DNA from: Alphaproteobacteria bacterium
Lineage (GTDB): Bacteria > Pseudomonadota > Alphaproteobacteria > CBDDJK01
DNA length: 64,000 nt
NCBI GenBank assembly: GCA_965229675.1
Contig: OZ245897.1
Location: 1,185,127 to 1,249,126 of the forward strand
Direction: 5' to 3'
The notes under the pieces were generated by a model, which was not told where the DNA came from, ran no database searches, and saw nothing but the letters and a program-made list of their open reading frames with translations. Made by a program: the position numbers and the translations under genes. This document shows positions 28,820 through 38,935 of the stretch, in pieces (position 1 is the first letter of the stretch; each line of letters starts with the position of its first letter).

Positions 28820-29911
28820 TTATAAACTTACGGATTCACGTATCCATTGGTGCAATGCGGCCAGTGAATGTTCTGAATTTACGCCGCCTTTGGGATCAAT
28901 GATCAATGGGCCTGGTCGATAACCCCGTGAACTTAATCCTTTTTGTACATTTTCTACCAGATGGATGTCTTCTTCAACCGTTGTTTCACGGTCTTGGATT
29001 GCAAGTTTACGGATGACCGCATCCTCCACCCCATTTTGGCTATACCATCCACGCCACACAACGCAAGAATTATGGGAGATTGGTCGCCAATGATAGGTGT
29101 TTAGCACATTCCCAGGATAGACTTGAAATGAAAACATTGGCCATAAAAACCAGCTTGAATATTCATCTGAATGCGGTATTGAAAGGTCAATTGGATAGGT
29201 CATATTTTCAATGCGTTGGCATTCGGTCGTATGGCGCAGGCAATAGCCTTGCGGTTGAATATCATATGTTTCAGGCTTAACCACCCCTTTTGCAAAAGTT
29301 GGATGGTTAATAGGGCAATGATAACATTCCGAATAATTTTCAATTGATAATTTCCAGTTACATTTTTCAGGGATTTCCACCCATTCCAACGGCATAAGCT
29401 GCTGCCAATTAGGGACGAATGCCGCAACCTCCTCATACACATTCGGGAACCATTCCGCCATTGGGCTTGCATTGGGGTCAAGATTAACAAAAACGAAGCC
29501 TAAGAATAATTCTGTTTTAACCTGTTGTAGGCATATATCCCCACGATCTAATCCCTCAACTGCTTTTAAATTGGGCGCCGCCCGCAACGCCCCTGTTAAT
29601 TCATACGTCCAAGCATGGTAGGGACAAACAAGGGTGCGTGCATTCCCTGAACCTTCCACCAATGGATGCGCACGATGTTGGCATACATTATAAAAAGTGC
29701 GGATGACTTCATCTTTTCCTTTGATTGAAAACAGGCTTTCCCCTGCAATCTCGAATGTATAATAATCGCCAATATTTTTTAAATCTGAACTATGAAACGC
29801 AAATTGCCAGCTATTGGCAAATAGCCCCGTTACCTCTTTGTCAAATATATTTGGATCGGTATAATAACGTGGATCCAGTGCGTGGATAAGAGCAGTTGAA
29901 TTTTGCATCAT
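28820..29911 (-). CDS. Rieske [2Fe-2S] non-haem-iron oxygenase alpha subunit (quaternary-amine demethylase-like)
   Basis: Rieske motif CQHRAHPL…CPYHAWTY plus a mononuclear-iron catalytic domain. At 363 aa it is the size of CntA/Stc2/GbcA-type N-demethylases. No reductase partner is adjacent. Confidence 0.7.
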   Translation of the reverse strand: MMQNSTALIHALDPRYYTDPNIFDKEVTGLFANSWQFAFHSSDLKNIGDYYTFEIAGESLFSIKGKDEVIRTFYNVCQHRAHPLVEGSGNARTLVCPYHAWTYELTGALRAAPNLKAVEGLDRGDICLQQVKTELFLGFVFVNLDPNASPMAEWFPNVYEEVAAFVPNWQQLMPLEWVEIPEKCNWKLSIENYSECYHCPINHPTFAKGVVKPETYDIQPQGYCLRHTTECQRIENMTYPIDLSIPHSDEYSSWFLWPMFSFQVYPGNVLNTYHWRPISHNSCVVWRGWYSQNGVEDAVIRKLAIQDRETTVEEDIHLVENVQKGLSSRGYRPGPLIIDPKGGVNSEHSLAALHQWIRESVSL

Positions 29912-30792
29912 GTTTCCTCCAAATATAGCCCTAATTCTTGGCGATGATGATGAAATTTTTCCACACGCTTTACAATATCAGGGGTGCTTTTAGAAATCAC
30001 AAAAGAGAGCAAAACCTCCAACAACGCAATGATTGCAACCGAAGAAGGAAAAAATTGCGGTGTATCAACCGCAATTACAAATCCATGATCTGCCATGCGT
30101 ATAATCGGGCTTGCATGGCTATCAGATAAGGCGATGATCGTCATGGATTGTTGGCGTGCCAAGGTTACAGTTTCAATAACTTCTTTTCGATAAGGGCGGG
30201 TGGTTAAAGCGATCAAAACATCATTTGCATCAGCCCACGCAATTTCATCAACTGCAATGGAACCTGCTTGCGGGATTGTATGAAATTGAACCATCCCCGT
30301 TGACGCAAGATAGGTGAAATTTTGTGCCAGTGAGTGATTGACCCCCACGCCAAGTGTGAAAACATTGCGTGCCTTCCAAATAGATTCAGCAGCCAATAGC
30401 AAAGCTTGTTCATCAATTTGTGAAAATGTTTGTTCAATATTTTTCATGGAGGCCGCAATCATCTCCCCATAAATGCGTCCCATATCCCCTGATTTAAGGC
30501 GATCTTGTAACCAGCGCGCACGATCAGGAAACCCTGAATTGCCGTTTACAAGTGCTTCCCGATAAGGTTCACGAAACGCTTCATACCCGTCAAATCCAAG
30601 AAAATTTGCCAAGCGAACAAAACTATTCGGTTTGACCTTTGCCGCTTTTGCAATTTGGCGCATGCTGGATACCCCCACCTCATTAGGATGATCCATCACA
30701 AACCGCGCCGCCTTTTTAAGTTCTGGCGTCAGCGCATCAAATTGCTCAGTTAATAATTGTTTTGAAACATTTGTGTTTTTCATAGTTGACAA
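29908..30792 (-). CDS. MurR/RpiR-family transcriptional regulator (HTH_6 plus SIS domain)
   Basis: 294 aa with an N-terminal HTH (VSSMRQIAKAAKVKPNSFVRLA) and a C-terminal SIS sugar-isomerase-like domain. It is divergent from the DMGDH-like gene. Confidence 0.8.
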   Translation of the reverse strand: MSTMKNTNVSKQLLTEQFDALTPELKKAARFVMDHPNEVGVSSMRQIAKAAKVKPNSFVRLANFLGFDGYEAFREPYREALVNGNSGFPDRARWLQDRLKSGDMGRIYGEMIAASMKNIEQTFSQIDEQALLLAAESIWKARNVFTLGVGVNHSLAQNFTYLASTGMVQFHTIPQAGSIAVDEIAWADANDVLIALTTRPYRKEVIETVTLARQQSMTIIALSDSHASPIIRMADHGFVIAVDTPQFFPSSVAIIALLEVLLSFVISKSTPDIVKRVEKFHHHRQELGLYLEET

Positions 30793-30830
30793 TTGTACAT
30801 TTGTTTTATTATGATGTCGAGTGAAAAATA
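30785..30830 (+). promoter_or_regulatory. Candidate sigma-70 promoter (TTGACA-N17/18-TATGAT) with an embedded ACAATTGT palindrome upstream of the DMGDH-like gene
   Basis: TTGACA at 30785-30790 and TATGAT-like at about 30809-30814. The perfect 8-bp palindrome ACAATTGT at 30789-30796 overlaps the −35/spacer. It lies in the divergent intergenic region next to the RpiR regulator. Confidence 0.35.
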
Positions 30831-30869
30831 AATCTTAAATTCACTCACCTTAAATTTATTGGGGGCAAA

Positions 30870-33305
30870 ATGTCAAACACACTACCAAGCCAAGCAAAAT
30901 GTGTGATTGTAGGTGGCGGTATTATGGGGGTTGGGCTTGCCTATCACCTAGCGCATGCTGGCTGGCAGGATGTCGTATTGATTGAAAAGGCAGAATTAAC
31001 TTCTGGTTCAACATGGCATGCGGCGGGGCAAATTACCCAATCAACTTCCAGCTTTGGCCTTGGTAAATGTGTTGATTATAATTTGCAGCTTTACTCAGGT
31101 GGGCTTGAACGTGAAACAGGGCAAGCGGTAACGTTTCATGGTTGTGGTTCACTTCGCCTTGCTTATAGTGAAGATGAGTTAGATTGGTTAAAACATACGC
31201 TTTCGGTTGGACGCTCCCTTGGGTTTAATATGGAGCTTGTTGATCCACAACGTATTAAACAACTTCATCCATTTTATAAGCTTGATGGCGTATTGGCGGC
31301 ATTACATACGCCCGATGATGGCCATGTTGACCCAACCAATGTCACAATGGCAATGGCAACAGGAGCGCGCCAACAAGGGGCAAAATTATTTCGTCATTGC
31401 CGTGTGCTTAATATTACGCAACTTGAAGATGAGGGATGGCGCATAGAAACTGAATTAGGCACCATTGATTGCGAGCATGTGGTAAATGCCGCTGGTACTT
31501 ATGCACGGCAAATCGGTGAATGGTCAGGGTTGCAATTACCAATGACTTCAATGACCCATCATTATCTGGTTACTGAAGAAGTTCCTGAATTTAAAGACTT
31601 AACCACGGAATTGCCTGTGATCCGTGATGATCGTATGGTCTCTGGTTATATTCGTATGGAGCAAAAAAAGGGACTGATTGGCATTTATGAAAAAGAAAAC
31701 CCAAATAGCGTATGGGAAGAATTTTGTCCATGGGAAGCAGAAAACGAGCTTTTTGCCGCCGATTATGATCGGATTATGCCATGGCTTGAACAGGCAATGG
31801 ATCGTATGCCCGTTTTGGCACCGCTTGGTATTTTACGCGAAGTTCATGGGGCAATCTCCCATCCTCCTGATGGCAATCCGTTGATTGGCCCTGCCCCCAA
31901 TGTTCGCAATTATTGGTGTTGTTGTGGAACGCAAATTGGTATTGGTTGGGGGCCTGGTCTTACTCGTGAATTGGCACGATGGATGGTAAACGGTGCCGCC
32001 GATATTTCGATGCGTGAATATGACCCACGCCGATTTGGTGATTATGCAAAACCAGCTTGGCAAGTGTTAAAAGCAAAAGAAGATTATTGTCTGCGCCATG
32101 AAATTCCTTTTCCACATTTTAATCGGCTTGAAGGTCGCCCAATCAAGCCATCAGGATTATATGAAATCTTAAAAGAAAAAGGGGCGGTTTACGAGGAAGT
32201 CTATGGCCATGAACGCCCGCGCTGGTTTGCAGGCGATGGGATTGAACAACGCGATTATTACAGCTTTCGCCGAAATGAAGTTTTTTCGCGCATAGCCCGT
32301 GAAGTAAAAGGCGTGCAAACTTCCGCTGGTATCATGGATATTTCTGCATTCACCAAAATCGAGGTTAGTGGGACTGATGCAGCAGCAATGCTTGAACCTT
32401 TAGTTGCCAATCGCTTGCCTAAAAAAACAGGTGGAATTGCGCTAACCCATATTTTGAATGAAGCAGGACGCATTGAACTTGAAACGACCCTTATTCGTCT
32501 TGAGGACACACGCTATTATTTTGTATGTGCCGCCTTTTTTGAACAAAGATTGCTTGACCATCTTGAAGCGCATCGCAAGACATTTGATATAACGATCGTC
32601 AACCATTCTCAAAATTGGGGTGCGCTTGCCCTGAATGGCCCTTGCGCCCGCCAGATATTAGGGGCTTGTACCGATGCTGATCTATCAAATACAGGTTTTC
32701 GTTGGTTGAGCGCACAGCAAATTTCAATCTGTGGTCATGCCGTTTGGGCGTTTCGTATATCTTATGCGGGTGAATTGGGTTGGGAATTACATGTGCCGAA
32801 CCAAGTAATAGCAGAAGTTTATGCAGGTTTAGAACAAGCAGGAAGACCACTTGGCATGGTTGATTATGGTAGCTTTGCCATGAATAGTATGCGAATGGAG
32901 AAGGCTTTTAAAGGCGCAGGAGAACTGACCAACGAAGTGACATTACCTGAAGCGGATGTTATGCGTTTTGTTGATCAAAATAAATCATTTATTGGGAAGC
33001 AAGCAACCCTATCTAATCCACCAAAATGGATATGTGCCTATCTTGAAATTGAAGCGGACGGCATCGAAGACGGTAACGGAGGTGAATCGGTACTAATCAA
33101 TGATCAGGTAATCGGTTCGGTTTCCAGCATTGCTTATGGTCATCGTGTAAATAAATTATTGGCTTTTGCTTATATTAAACCAGAGAGCTATATTAAAGGG
33201 CAAGCGGTGACGGTTATCATTGCAAATAAACCACGCGCAGGAATGATTTTAGGTGACGAGGCGGCTTATGACCCTGAAAGCAAATTGCCAAGAACAGAAG
33301 GCTAA
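30870..33305 (+). CDS. Dimethylglycine/sarcosine-dehydrogenase-like FAD oxidoreductase with a C-terminal GcvT-type folate-binding domain
   Basis: 811 aa. The N-terminal is a DAO-type FAD fold (VIVGGGIMGVGLAYHLAHAGW). The C-terminal ~350 aa form an aminomethyltransferase (GcvT) domain. This is the same architecture as DMGDH, SardH and the HpbA-type N-methyl-amino-acid demethylases. Confidence 0.8.
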   Translation: MSNTLPSQAKCVIVGGGIMGVGLAYHLAHAGWQDVVLIEKAELTSGSTWHAAGQITQSTSSFGLGKCVDYNLQLYSGGLERETGQAVTFHGCGSLRLAYSEDELDWLKHTLSVGRSLGFNMELVDPQRIKQLHPFYKLDGVLAALHTPDDGHVDPTNVTMAMATGARQQGAKLFRHCRVLNITQLEDEGWRIETELGTIDCEHVVNAAGTYARQIGEWSGLQLPMTSMTHHYLVTEEVPEFKDLTTELPVIRDDRMVSGYIRMEQKKGLIGIYEKENPNSVWEEFCPWEAENELFAADYDRIMPWLEQAMDRMPVLAPLGILREVHGAISHPPDGNPLIGPAPNVRNYWCCCGTQIGIGWGPGLTRELARWMVNGAADISMREYDPRRFGDYAKPAWQVLKAKEDYCLRHEIPFPHFNRLEGRPIKPSGLYEILKEKGAVYEEVYGHERPRWFAGDGIEQRDYYSFRRNEVFSRIAREVKGVQTSAGIMDISAFTKIEVSGTDAAAMLEPLVANRLPKKTGGIALTHILNEAGRIELETTLIRLEDTRYYFVCAAFFEQRLLDHLEAHRKTFDITIVNHSQNWGALALNGPCARQILGACTDADLSNTGFRWLSAQQISICGHAVWAFRISYAGELGWELHVPNQVIAEVYAGLEQAGRPLGMVDYGSFAMNSMRMEKAFKGAGELTNEVTLPEADVMRFVDQNKSFIGKQATLSNPPKWICAYLEIEADGIEDGNGGESVLINDQVIGSVSSIAYGHRVNKLLAFAYIKPESYIKGQAVTVIIANKPRAGMILGDEAAYDPESKLPRTEG

Positions 33306-33310
33306 AATAT

Positions 33311-34417
33311 ATGAAAATCACCCGCATCACTGTTTATCAAAAAGATTTACCGTTAGCCGAGCCTTATTGGCTATCGGGTGGGCGTTTGAAATTTGAGGTT
33401 TTGGACGCAACCTTTGTAAAGATTGAAACAGATGAAGGGCTGACTGGTTGGGGCGAGGGTACGCCTTGGGGGCATACCTATGTTCCCGCCCATGGCCCTG
33501 GTATTCGTGCTGGGATCAAAACCATGGCACCATGGATTATGGGTAAAGACCCACGCCAAATTTTGGAAATAGAACGCGCAATGGATTTAGCCCTGCCTGG
33601 CCATCTTTATGCAAAATCACCAATTGATATGGCAATATGGGATATTAAAGGGCAAGCCGCAGGTCAACCGATTGCAGCCATGATGGGTTCTGCTTCTTTT
33701 ACGCCAAAGCCGATTGCCGCCTCAATTGGTGCAAAGACTGTTGAAGAAACAAGGCGGGTGATGGATGGATATCGCGCGCGGGGCTATGTCAATCATTCTG
33801 TGAAGGTTGGCGGTAATGTTGCGGTTGATATTGCACGCATCCGTGATGTTGAAGCGCACCGCCCGTCCGATGAAACCATTCTTTATGATGTTAATCGGGC
33901 ATGGACACGCCAACAGGCCTTGCGTGTGATGAAAGCGACTGAAAATTTAGGAGTGATGTTTGAACAACCAGGGGAGACACTGGCGGATATTGCCGCCATT
34001 CGTGCGCTTCATAGTGCGCCTGTTTCCATTGATGAAACGCTGGTCACGTTACAAGATGCAACCCGTATCGCAACGGATGGTATTGGTGAAGTTTTTGGCA
34101 TTAAGCTTAATCGCGTTGGTGGCCTTACCAAGGCGGCACGGATGCGCGATATTGCCTTGGCGCATGGGATTGATTGCTATGTGATGGCAACAGGTGGTTC
34201 GGTCTTGGCAGACACAGAAGCCTTGCATCTTGCCGCAACCATTCCTGATCATAATCTATTGGGGGTTTGGGCTTGCCAAGATATGATCACTGCTGAAATT
34301 GCTGATGGGGCTGGCTCTCGTGCAACAAAGGGGCATTTAACCCTTGAATCCAAAGCAGGGCTTGGGGTTCACCCCGATGAAAAGACTTTAGGAAGCCCTG
34401 AGGCAGTCTATCAATGA
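33311..34417 (+). CDS. Enolase-superfamily MR/MLE enzyme (candidate betaine or amino-acid epimerase, HpbD-like)
   Basis: 368 aa with an N-terminal capping domain and a barrel domain with metal-ligand and Lys acid/base positions (KVGG…DVNRAW…DET). It overlaps the next paralogue by 4 nt. Confidence 0.7.
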   Translation: MKITRITVYQKDLPLAEPYWLSGGRLKFEVLDATFVKIETDEGLTGWGEGTPWGHTYVPAHGPGIRAGIKTMAPWIMGKDPRQILEIERAMDLALPGHLYAKSPIDMAIWDIKGQAAGQPIAAMMGSASFTPKPIAASIGAKTVEETRRVMDGYRARGYVNHSVKVGGNVAVDIARIRDVEAHRPSDETILYDVNRAWTRQQALRVMKATENLGVMFEQPGETLADIAAIRALHSAPVSIDETLVTLQDATRIATDGIGEVFGIKLNRVGGLTKAARMRDIALAHGIDCYVMATGGSVLADTEALHLAATIPDHNLLGVWACQDMITAEIADGAGSRATKGHLTLESKAGLGVHPDEKTLGSPEAVYQ

Positions 34418-35508
34418 AAATCACCCGCCTTAATTTATGGTATGTCCCTTTAACCAGCCATGAAGCCTATCATATGGCAGAGGGTAAAAGCTGCACAACA
34501 GTTGAAAGCGTTATATTAAAGATTGACACCGATACAGGGCTTTGTGGATGGGGGGAGGTCTGTCCGATTCCGCATTACCTACCTGCTTATGCAAGGGGGA
34601 TTGTACCAGCCGTTAAAGAACTATCCCCCATTTTACTTGGCGCAGAATTGGTTGGGGTGGAAGCGTTAATGGCCAAGATTGATGCTTATTTAATAGGTCA
34701 TGCTTATGCTAAATCCCTGATTGATATAGCATTATGGGATTTGACCGCCAAGCAAGCCAATCTTCCTTTATATATGTTTCTTGGCGGTCGCCAGAATGAA
34801 AGCCTACCGCTTTATCATTCCGTAACGTGCATTGAACCTCAGATTATGGTTGAACATGCACGTAAGGCCTATGAAACGGGTATTCGTCAAATTCAAGTAA
34901 AGCTTGGCGCAGATCAAAATTGGCGTAAAGATGTTGAACGATTAACAAAGATTAGAGAGGCAATGCCAGCCGATGTTTTGGTCTATGGCGATTGGAATTG
35001 CGGTGCAGATAAGCTAACTGCCATTCGCGTTGGTCGCGCGGTTCGCCATCTTGATATTATGTTGGAACAGCCTTGCGAAACAATCGAACAATGCGCTGAT
35101 GTTCGTAACGCAACAGGCCTTGCCATGAAATTTGATGAAAATGCGCATGATATTCCAAGCCTGTTAAAAGCAAGCCAGCTAGGTTGTATGGATGCAGTTG
35201 CGATTAAAACGTCCAAATTCGGTGGAATCAGCCGTGTGCGGCGTGCGCGTGATCTTTGCGTTGAGCTTGGTGTTAAATTATGTATTGAAGACACATGGGG
35301 TAGCGACATTGCCACAGCCGCCGCCCTGCATCTTGCCACCGCTACCCCAGCAAAATTTATTTTGAATGTATGCGATTTATCGCATTATGTCAGCCCACGC
35401 TTGGATGAGGCCGCACCAACCCGCCATCAAGGGCGCATTACCCCACCGCAAGGGATTGGGCTTGGCGTTACCCCACAGCTTTCTAATCCTGAAATTGTCA
35501 TTGAATAG
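34414..35508 (+). CDS. Second enolase-superfamily MR/MLE paralogue
   Basis: 364 aa with the same fold, and divergent rather than a recent duplicate. Confidence 0.7.
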   Translation: MKITRLNLWYVPLTSHEAYHMAEGKSCTTVESVILKIDTDTGLCGWGEVCPIPHYLPAYARGIVPAVKELSPILLGAELVGVEALMAKIDAYLIGHAYAKSLIDIALWDLTAKQANLPLYMFLGGRQNESLPLYHSVTCIEPQIMVEHARKAYETGIRQIQVKLGADQNWRKDVERLTKIREAMPADVLVYGDWNCGADKLTAIRVGRAVRHLDIMLEQPCETIEQCADVRNATGLAMKFDENAHDIPSLLKASQLGCMDAVAIKTSKFGGISRVRRARDLCVELGVKLCIEDTWGSDIATAAALHLATATPAKFILNVCDLSHYVSPRLDEAAPTRHQGRITPPQGIGLGVTPQLSNPEIVIE

Positions 35509-35518
35509 GTAGGCAATA

Positions 35519-36877
35519 ATGACCTTAGATTTAACAAATTATCCAACTGAAAATCCTGAATGGGTTGCTGAAACGCACGCTAATCATTATCTGCAAAGCT
35601 GGTCAAAACAAGGTGGAAAGCCACTGGTGATTACGGGGGGGAGTGGTTCTTGGTTTTGGGATCATACAGGCAAACGCTATCTTGATTTTCAATCCCAACT
35701 GGTGAATATGAATCTTGGTCACCAACATCCTAAAATCATTCAAGCGATTAAAGAACAAGCTGATCGCTTATGTTATATTGGACCTGCCATGGGTTCAGAT
35801 GTGCGTTCTGAACTTGCCGCTTTGATGACGGAGATCACGCCGTCAAACCTCACCTCAACCTTTTTCACAACGGGCGGTGCGGCCGCAAATGAATTAGCCA
35901 TTCGTCTTGCCCGTCATTATACAGGACGCAATAAAATTATTGCCCGCTATCGTTCTTATCATGGGGCAACGGGCGGGGCGTTAAGTCTTAGTGGGGATCC
36001 ACGCCATCATCTAACCCGTGTTGATATGCCAGGGGTTGTGCGGATGCTGGATCCTTATTGTTACCGCTGTCCGATGAACCACCGTAAACCTGCTGATTGT
36101 CCTGTTTGTTCAGGCGAACCGCATTTGGAAGAATTATTACAATATGAAAATCCGCAAACTGTTGCCGCTATTATTATTGAAACGGTGGTTGGCACAAACG
36201 GGATTATTGTTCCCCCTGATGGCTATTTACAATCAATTCGCAAAACCTGTGATAAATATGGGATTTTGATGATTACCGATGAAATTATGGCAGGGTTTGG
36301 CCGCACAGGCAAATGGTTTGCGGTTGATCATTGGGGGATTGAACCTGATATTTTAACTTCGGCGAAAGGTATTAATTCTGGTTACGTACCACTTGGAACG
36401 ATGAGCGTATCAGAAACATTAGCGCATTGGCTTAAAGATCATCAATTGCCAGGTGGTTTGACCTATGCAGGGCATCCGCTAGCCTGTGCATCAGGTGTTG
36501 CGGCTATTCGTGCTATGGCGGAAGAAGGAACCCTTGAACATGCAACCAAGATGGGGGATTTGATGCGTAAGGAATTAAAAAAACTTGCAAAGCACCATCC
36601 TTCCATCGGGGATATTCGTGGACTTGGTCTGTTTAACGGAATTGAATTGGTCAAAGATCATAAAGAGCGAACACCGCTAGTTCCCTTTGCCGCCAAGGGT
36701 GCCACAGCCGAACCCATGACAAAATTAATGGCAGCTGCCATGGATAAAGGGCTTTATTTAAGCGGATTTTCCAATGTAATACGCCTAACCCCACCTTTGA
36801 ATATTACAAAAGTAGATTTAATGACGGGACTTAGCATTTTAGATGATGTGCTAACCATTGCAGATGAATATATTTAA
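35519..36877 (+). CDS. Class-III (omega) PLP-dependent aminotransferase
   Basis: 452 aa with the fold-type-I class III pattern, DEIMAGFGRTGKWFA (PLP Asp and the Lys region TSAKG). Confidence 0.8.
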   Translation: MTLDLTNYPTENPEWVAETHANHYLQSWSKQGGKPLVITGGSGSWFWDHTGKRYLDFQSQLVNMNLGHQHPKIIQAIKEQADRLCYIGPAMGSDVRSELAALMTEITPSNLTSTFFTTGGAAANELAIRLARHYTGRNKIIARYRSYHGATGGALSLSGDPRHHLTRVDMPGVVRMLDPYCYRCPMNHRKPADCPVCSGEPHLEELLQYENPQTVAAIIIETVVGTNGIIVPPDGYLQSIRKTCDKYGILMITDEIMAGFGRTGKWFAVDHWGIEPDILTSAKGINSGYVPLGTMSVSETLAHWLKDHQLPGGLTYAGHPLACASGVAAIRAMAEEGTLEHATKMGDLMRKELKKLAKHHPSIGDIRGLGLFNGIELVKDHKERTPLVPFAAKGATAEPMTKLMAAAMDKGLYLSGFSNVIRLTPPLNITKVDLMTGLSILDDVLTIADEYI

Positions 36878-36978
36878 TAGGATATGAGGTTGAATTATTG
36901 ATCGGTTAAACTTATATCAGGCTAAATCATGATGATAGTTCTATCTTAAGAAAATTCAAAAAATGGGAAACCCACACA

Positions 36979-37557
36979 ATGTTTATTTATACTGAACAAA
37001 CGCCTAATCCCGAAACGCTAAAATTCTTACCTGGGGTAACCGTGATGGGAACCGATTCTGCCGTGGAATTTAAAGATTCAGAAGCTGCTTTTCAAGCTTC
37101 TCCGCTTGCAGGGACTTTGCTTGAGCTTGATGGGGTTGCAGGTGTGTTTTTTGGCAGTGATTTTATCTCCGTCACCAAAGAAACGGATCAGGAATGGTAT
37201 GTCATTAAACCTTCTGTGTTGGGTGTGATGATGGAACATTTTACAACTGAACGCCCTCTGTTCATTGATCAATCTTCCGCACATATAAAACCCGAAAACG
37301 CCCCACAATATGCCGAAGAAGATGCAGAAATTGTTGAAAAAATTGAACAATTACTTGAAACAAAAGTGCGTCCAGCCGTTTCCCAAGATGGTGGCGATAT
37401 TGTGTTTCATGGATTTGAACGCGGGGTTGTCTATCTTGCAATGCGCGGTGCTTGTGCGGGCTGTCCAAGCTCCACCGCTACTTTAAAGATGGGGATTGAA
37501 AATTTATTAAAACATTATATTCCCGAAGTCACCGAAGTTCGACCCAGTACAATTTAA
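36979..37557 (+). CDS. NifU/Nfu-type Fe-S cluster scaffold/carrier protein
   Basis: 192 aa with an Nfu N-terminal domain and a C-terminal NifU-like domain carrying CxxC (GACAGCPSS). Confidence 0.75.
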   Translation: MFIYTEQTPNPETLKFLPGVTVMGTDSAVEFKDSEAAFQASPLAGTLLELDGVAGVFFGSDFISVTKETDQEWYVIKPSVLGVMMEHFTTERPLFIDQSSAHIKPENAPQYAEEDAEIVEKIEQLLETKVRPAVSQDGGDIVFHGFERGVVYLAMRGACAGCPSSTATLKMGIENLLKHYIPEVTEVRPSTI

Positions 37558-37620
37558 ATCATGACAATTTAAATCATATCTTTACTTTGAATTGAATGAA
37601 AAAAATGCTAAACAATTAGC

Positions 37621-38901
37621 ATGGCTTCATTATTCAAACAAATCACTGAAATCACGATTTTCCTGATTTTAGTTGCAGTTGGGGTTTACTGGCTTTTTCC
37701 AACCTTAGAGCAAACTCTGCTCGCCAATATTTATATTAATGGCATTATTCTTTTTGTGTTATTGATTGGTATCTTGCTGGTTTATAAAACCATGTATGAT
37801 TTGATTGCTGCGCAACGCTGGAGCGATCAATTTCGTGAACTTGATGCCGTTCATACCGAAGATCAATCAGAAGCAATGACGCTTGTTGCGCATAGCCCGC
37901 GCCTGATCCGTTCAACGGCTACTTTGCTTAACCAACGCCTTCAAGAAATAGGTTATGTTCAATTAAATTCAACGGGAATGCGTGCCGTGCTTGAAGGCTT
38001 ATCAATCCGCCTTGATGAAACACGTGAAACTTTGCGCTATGTTGTTGGTTTACTTGTCTTTTTGGGGTTACTTGGGACATTTTGGGGATTGATGCAAACC
38101 ATCTATTCTGTAGGGGGCGTGATTGACAATTTATCAGCAGATGGTGATTTGGCAGGAAGTGCGCTTGGGGGCAGTTTTGAATTATTAAAAGAAGGGTTAA
38201 GACAGCCGTTAAATGGTATGGGAACAGCCTTTTCATCTTCGCTTTTTGGTTTGGCAGGCTCCCTTTTACTTGGCTTTTTTGCCTTACGCGTTTCACAAGC
38301 ACAAAATCGCTTTTATCAAGAATATGAAGAATGGTTATCTGGTTTGACCCGTTTGTCAGGGGCAATGGTTGGTGAAGGTGATACATCAGGCATGGGGCTT
38401 GCGCTATCTTTGCTTGAACAAACCGCAGATTCCATTGACCGTTTGCAAAAAATCATCAGCCGTTCTGAAAGCCATCAAGCGGAGCTTTACACCCATATTG
38501 GTAATCTTAACCAGCGTTTGGGAACGCTTGTGGATTCGCAAAAAATTGAGCATGAATTAATGCGTAAGCTTGCTGAAGGTCAGCTAAGCACCCGCCAACT
38601 GCTGGAACGCATGCTGGAACAAGATGGCATAACAGAAGGAAATGAAGGCACTTCCACAAGCATTAAAGCATTGGAGCAAGTGTTGATACGCCTATCCGCA
38701 GAACAAAGGCAAGAACAAGAGCGCAACACGCAGTTAATCCGTGATGAATTACGATTGGTGGCGCGGACTATTTCAAACTCACTTGGGACTGTCGTCAATG
38801 CACGCCCCATCCCTTCAAAAGCTGCCATTGAAACAGAAACACAAGAAGGGGAACGGATGCCGCCCCCGCTTACTATTCCAGACCGTCAAGATAATAGTTA
38901 A
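37621..38901 (+). CDS. MotA/TolQ/ExbB-family proton-channel protein with a ~200-aa C-terminal coiled-coil tail
   Basis: 426 aa with a 2+2 TM topology. TM3/TM4 carry the family motifs GLLGTFWGLMQTI and GMGTAFSSSLFGLAGSL. After TM4 comes a long charged, heptad-rich region (QEYEEWL…ELRLVART). Confidence 0.6.
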   Translation: MASLFKQITEITIFLILVAVGVYWLFPTLEQTLLANIYINGIILFVLLIGILLVYKTMYDLIAAQRWSDQFRELDAVHTEDQSEAMTLVAHSPRLIRSTATLLNQRLQEIGYVQLNSTGMRAVLEGLSIRLDETRETLRYVVGLLVFLGLLGTFWGLMQTIYSVGGVIDNLSADGDLAGSALGGSFELLKEGLRQPLNGMGTAFSSSLFGLAGSLLLGFFALRVSQAQNRFYQEYEEWLSGLTRLSGAMVGEGDTSGMGLALSLLEQTADSIDRLQKIISRSESHQAELYTHIGNLNQRLGTLVDSQKIEHELMRKLAEGQLSTRQLLERMLEQDGITEGNEGTSTSIKALEQVLIRLSAEQRQEQERNTQLIRDELRLVARTISNSLGTVVNARPIPSKAAIETETQEGERMPPPLTIPDRQDNS

Positions 38902-38935
38902 TCATTCATAATCCCCTGCGCATAGAAATAAGCCC

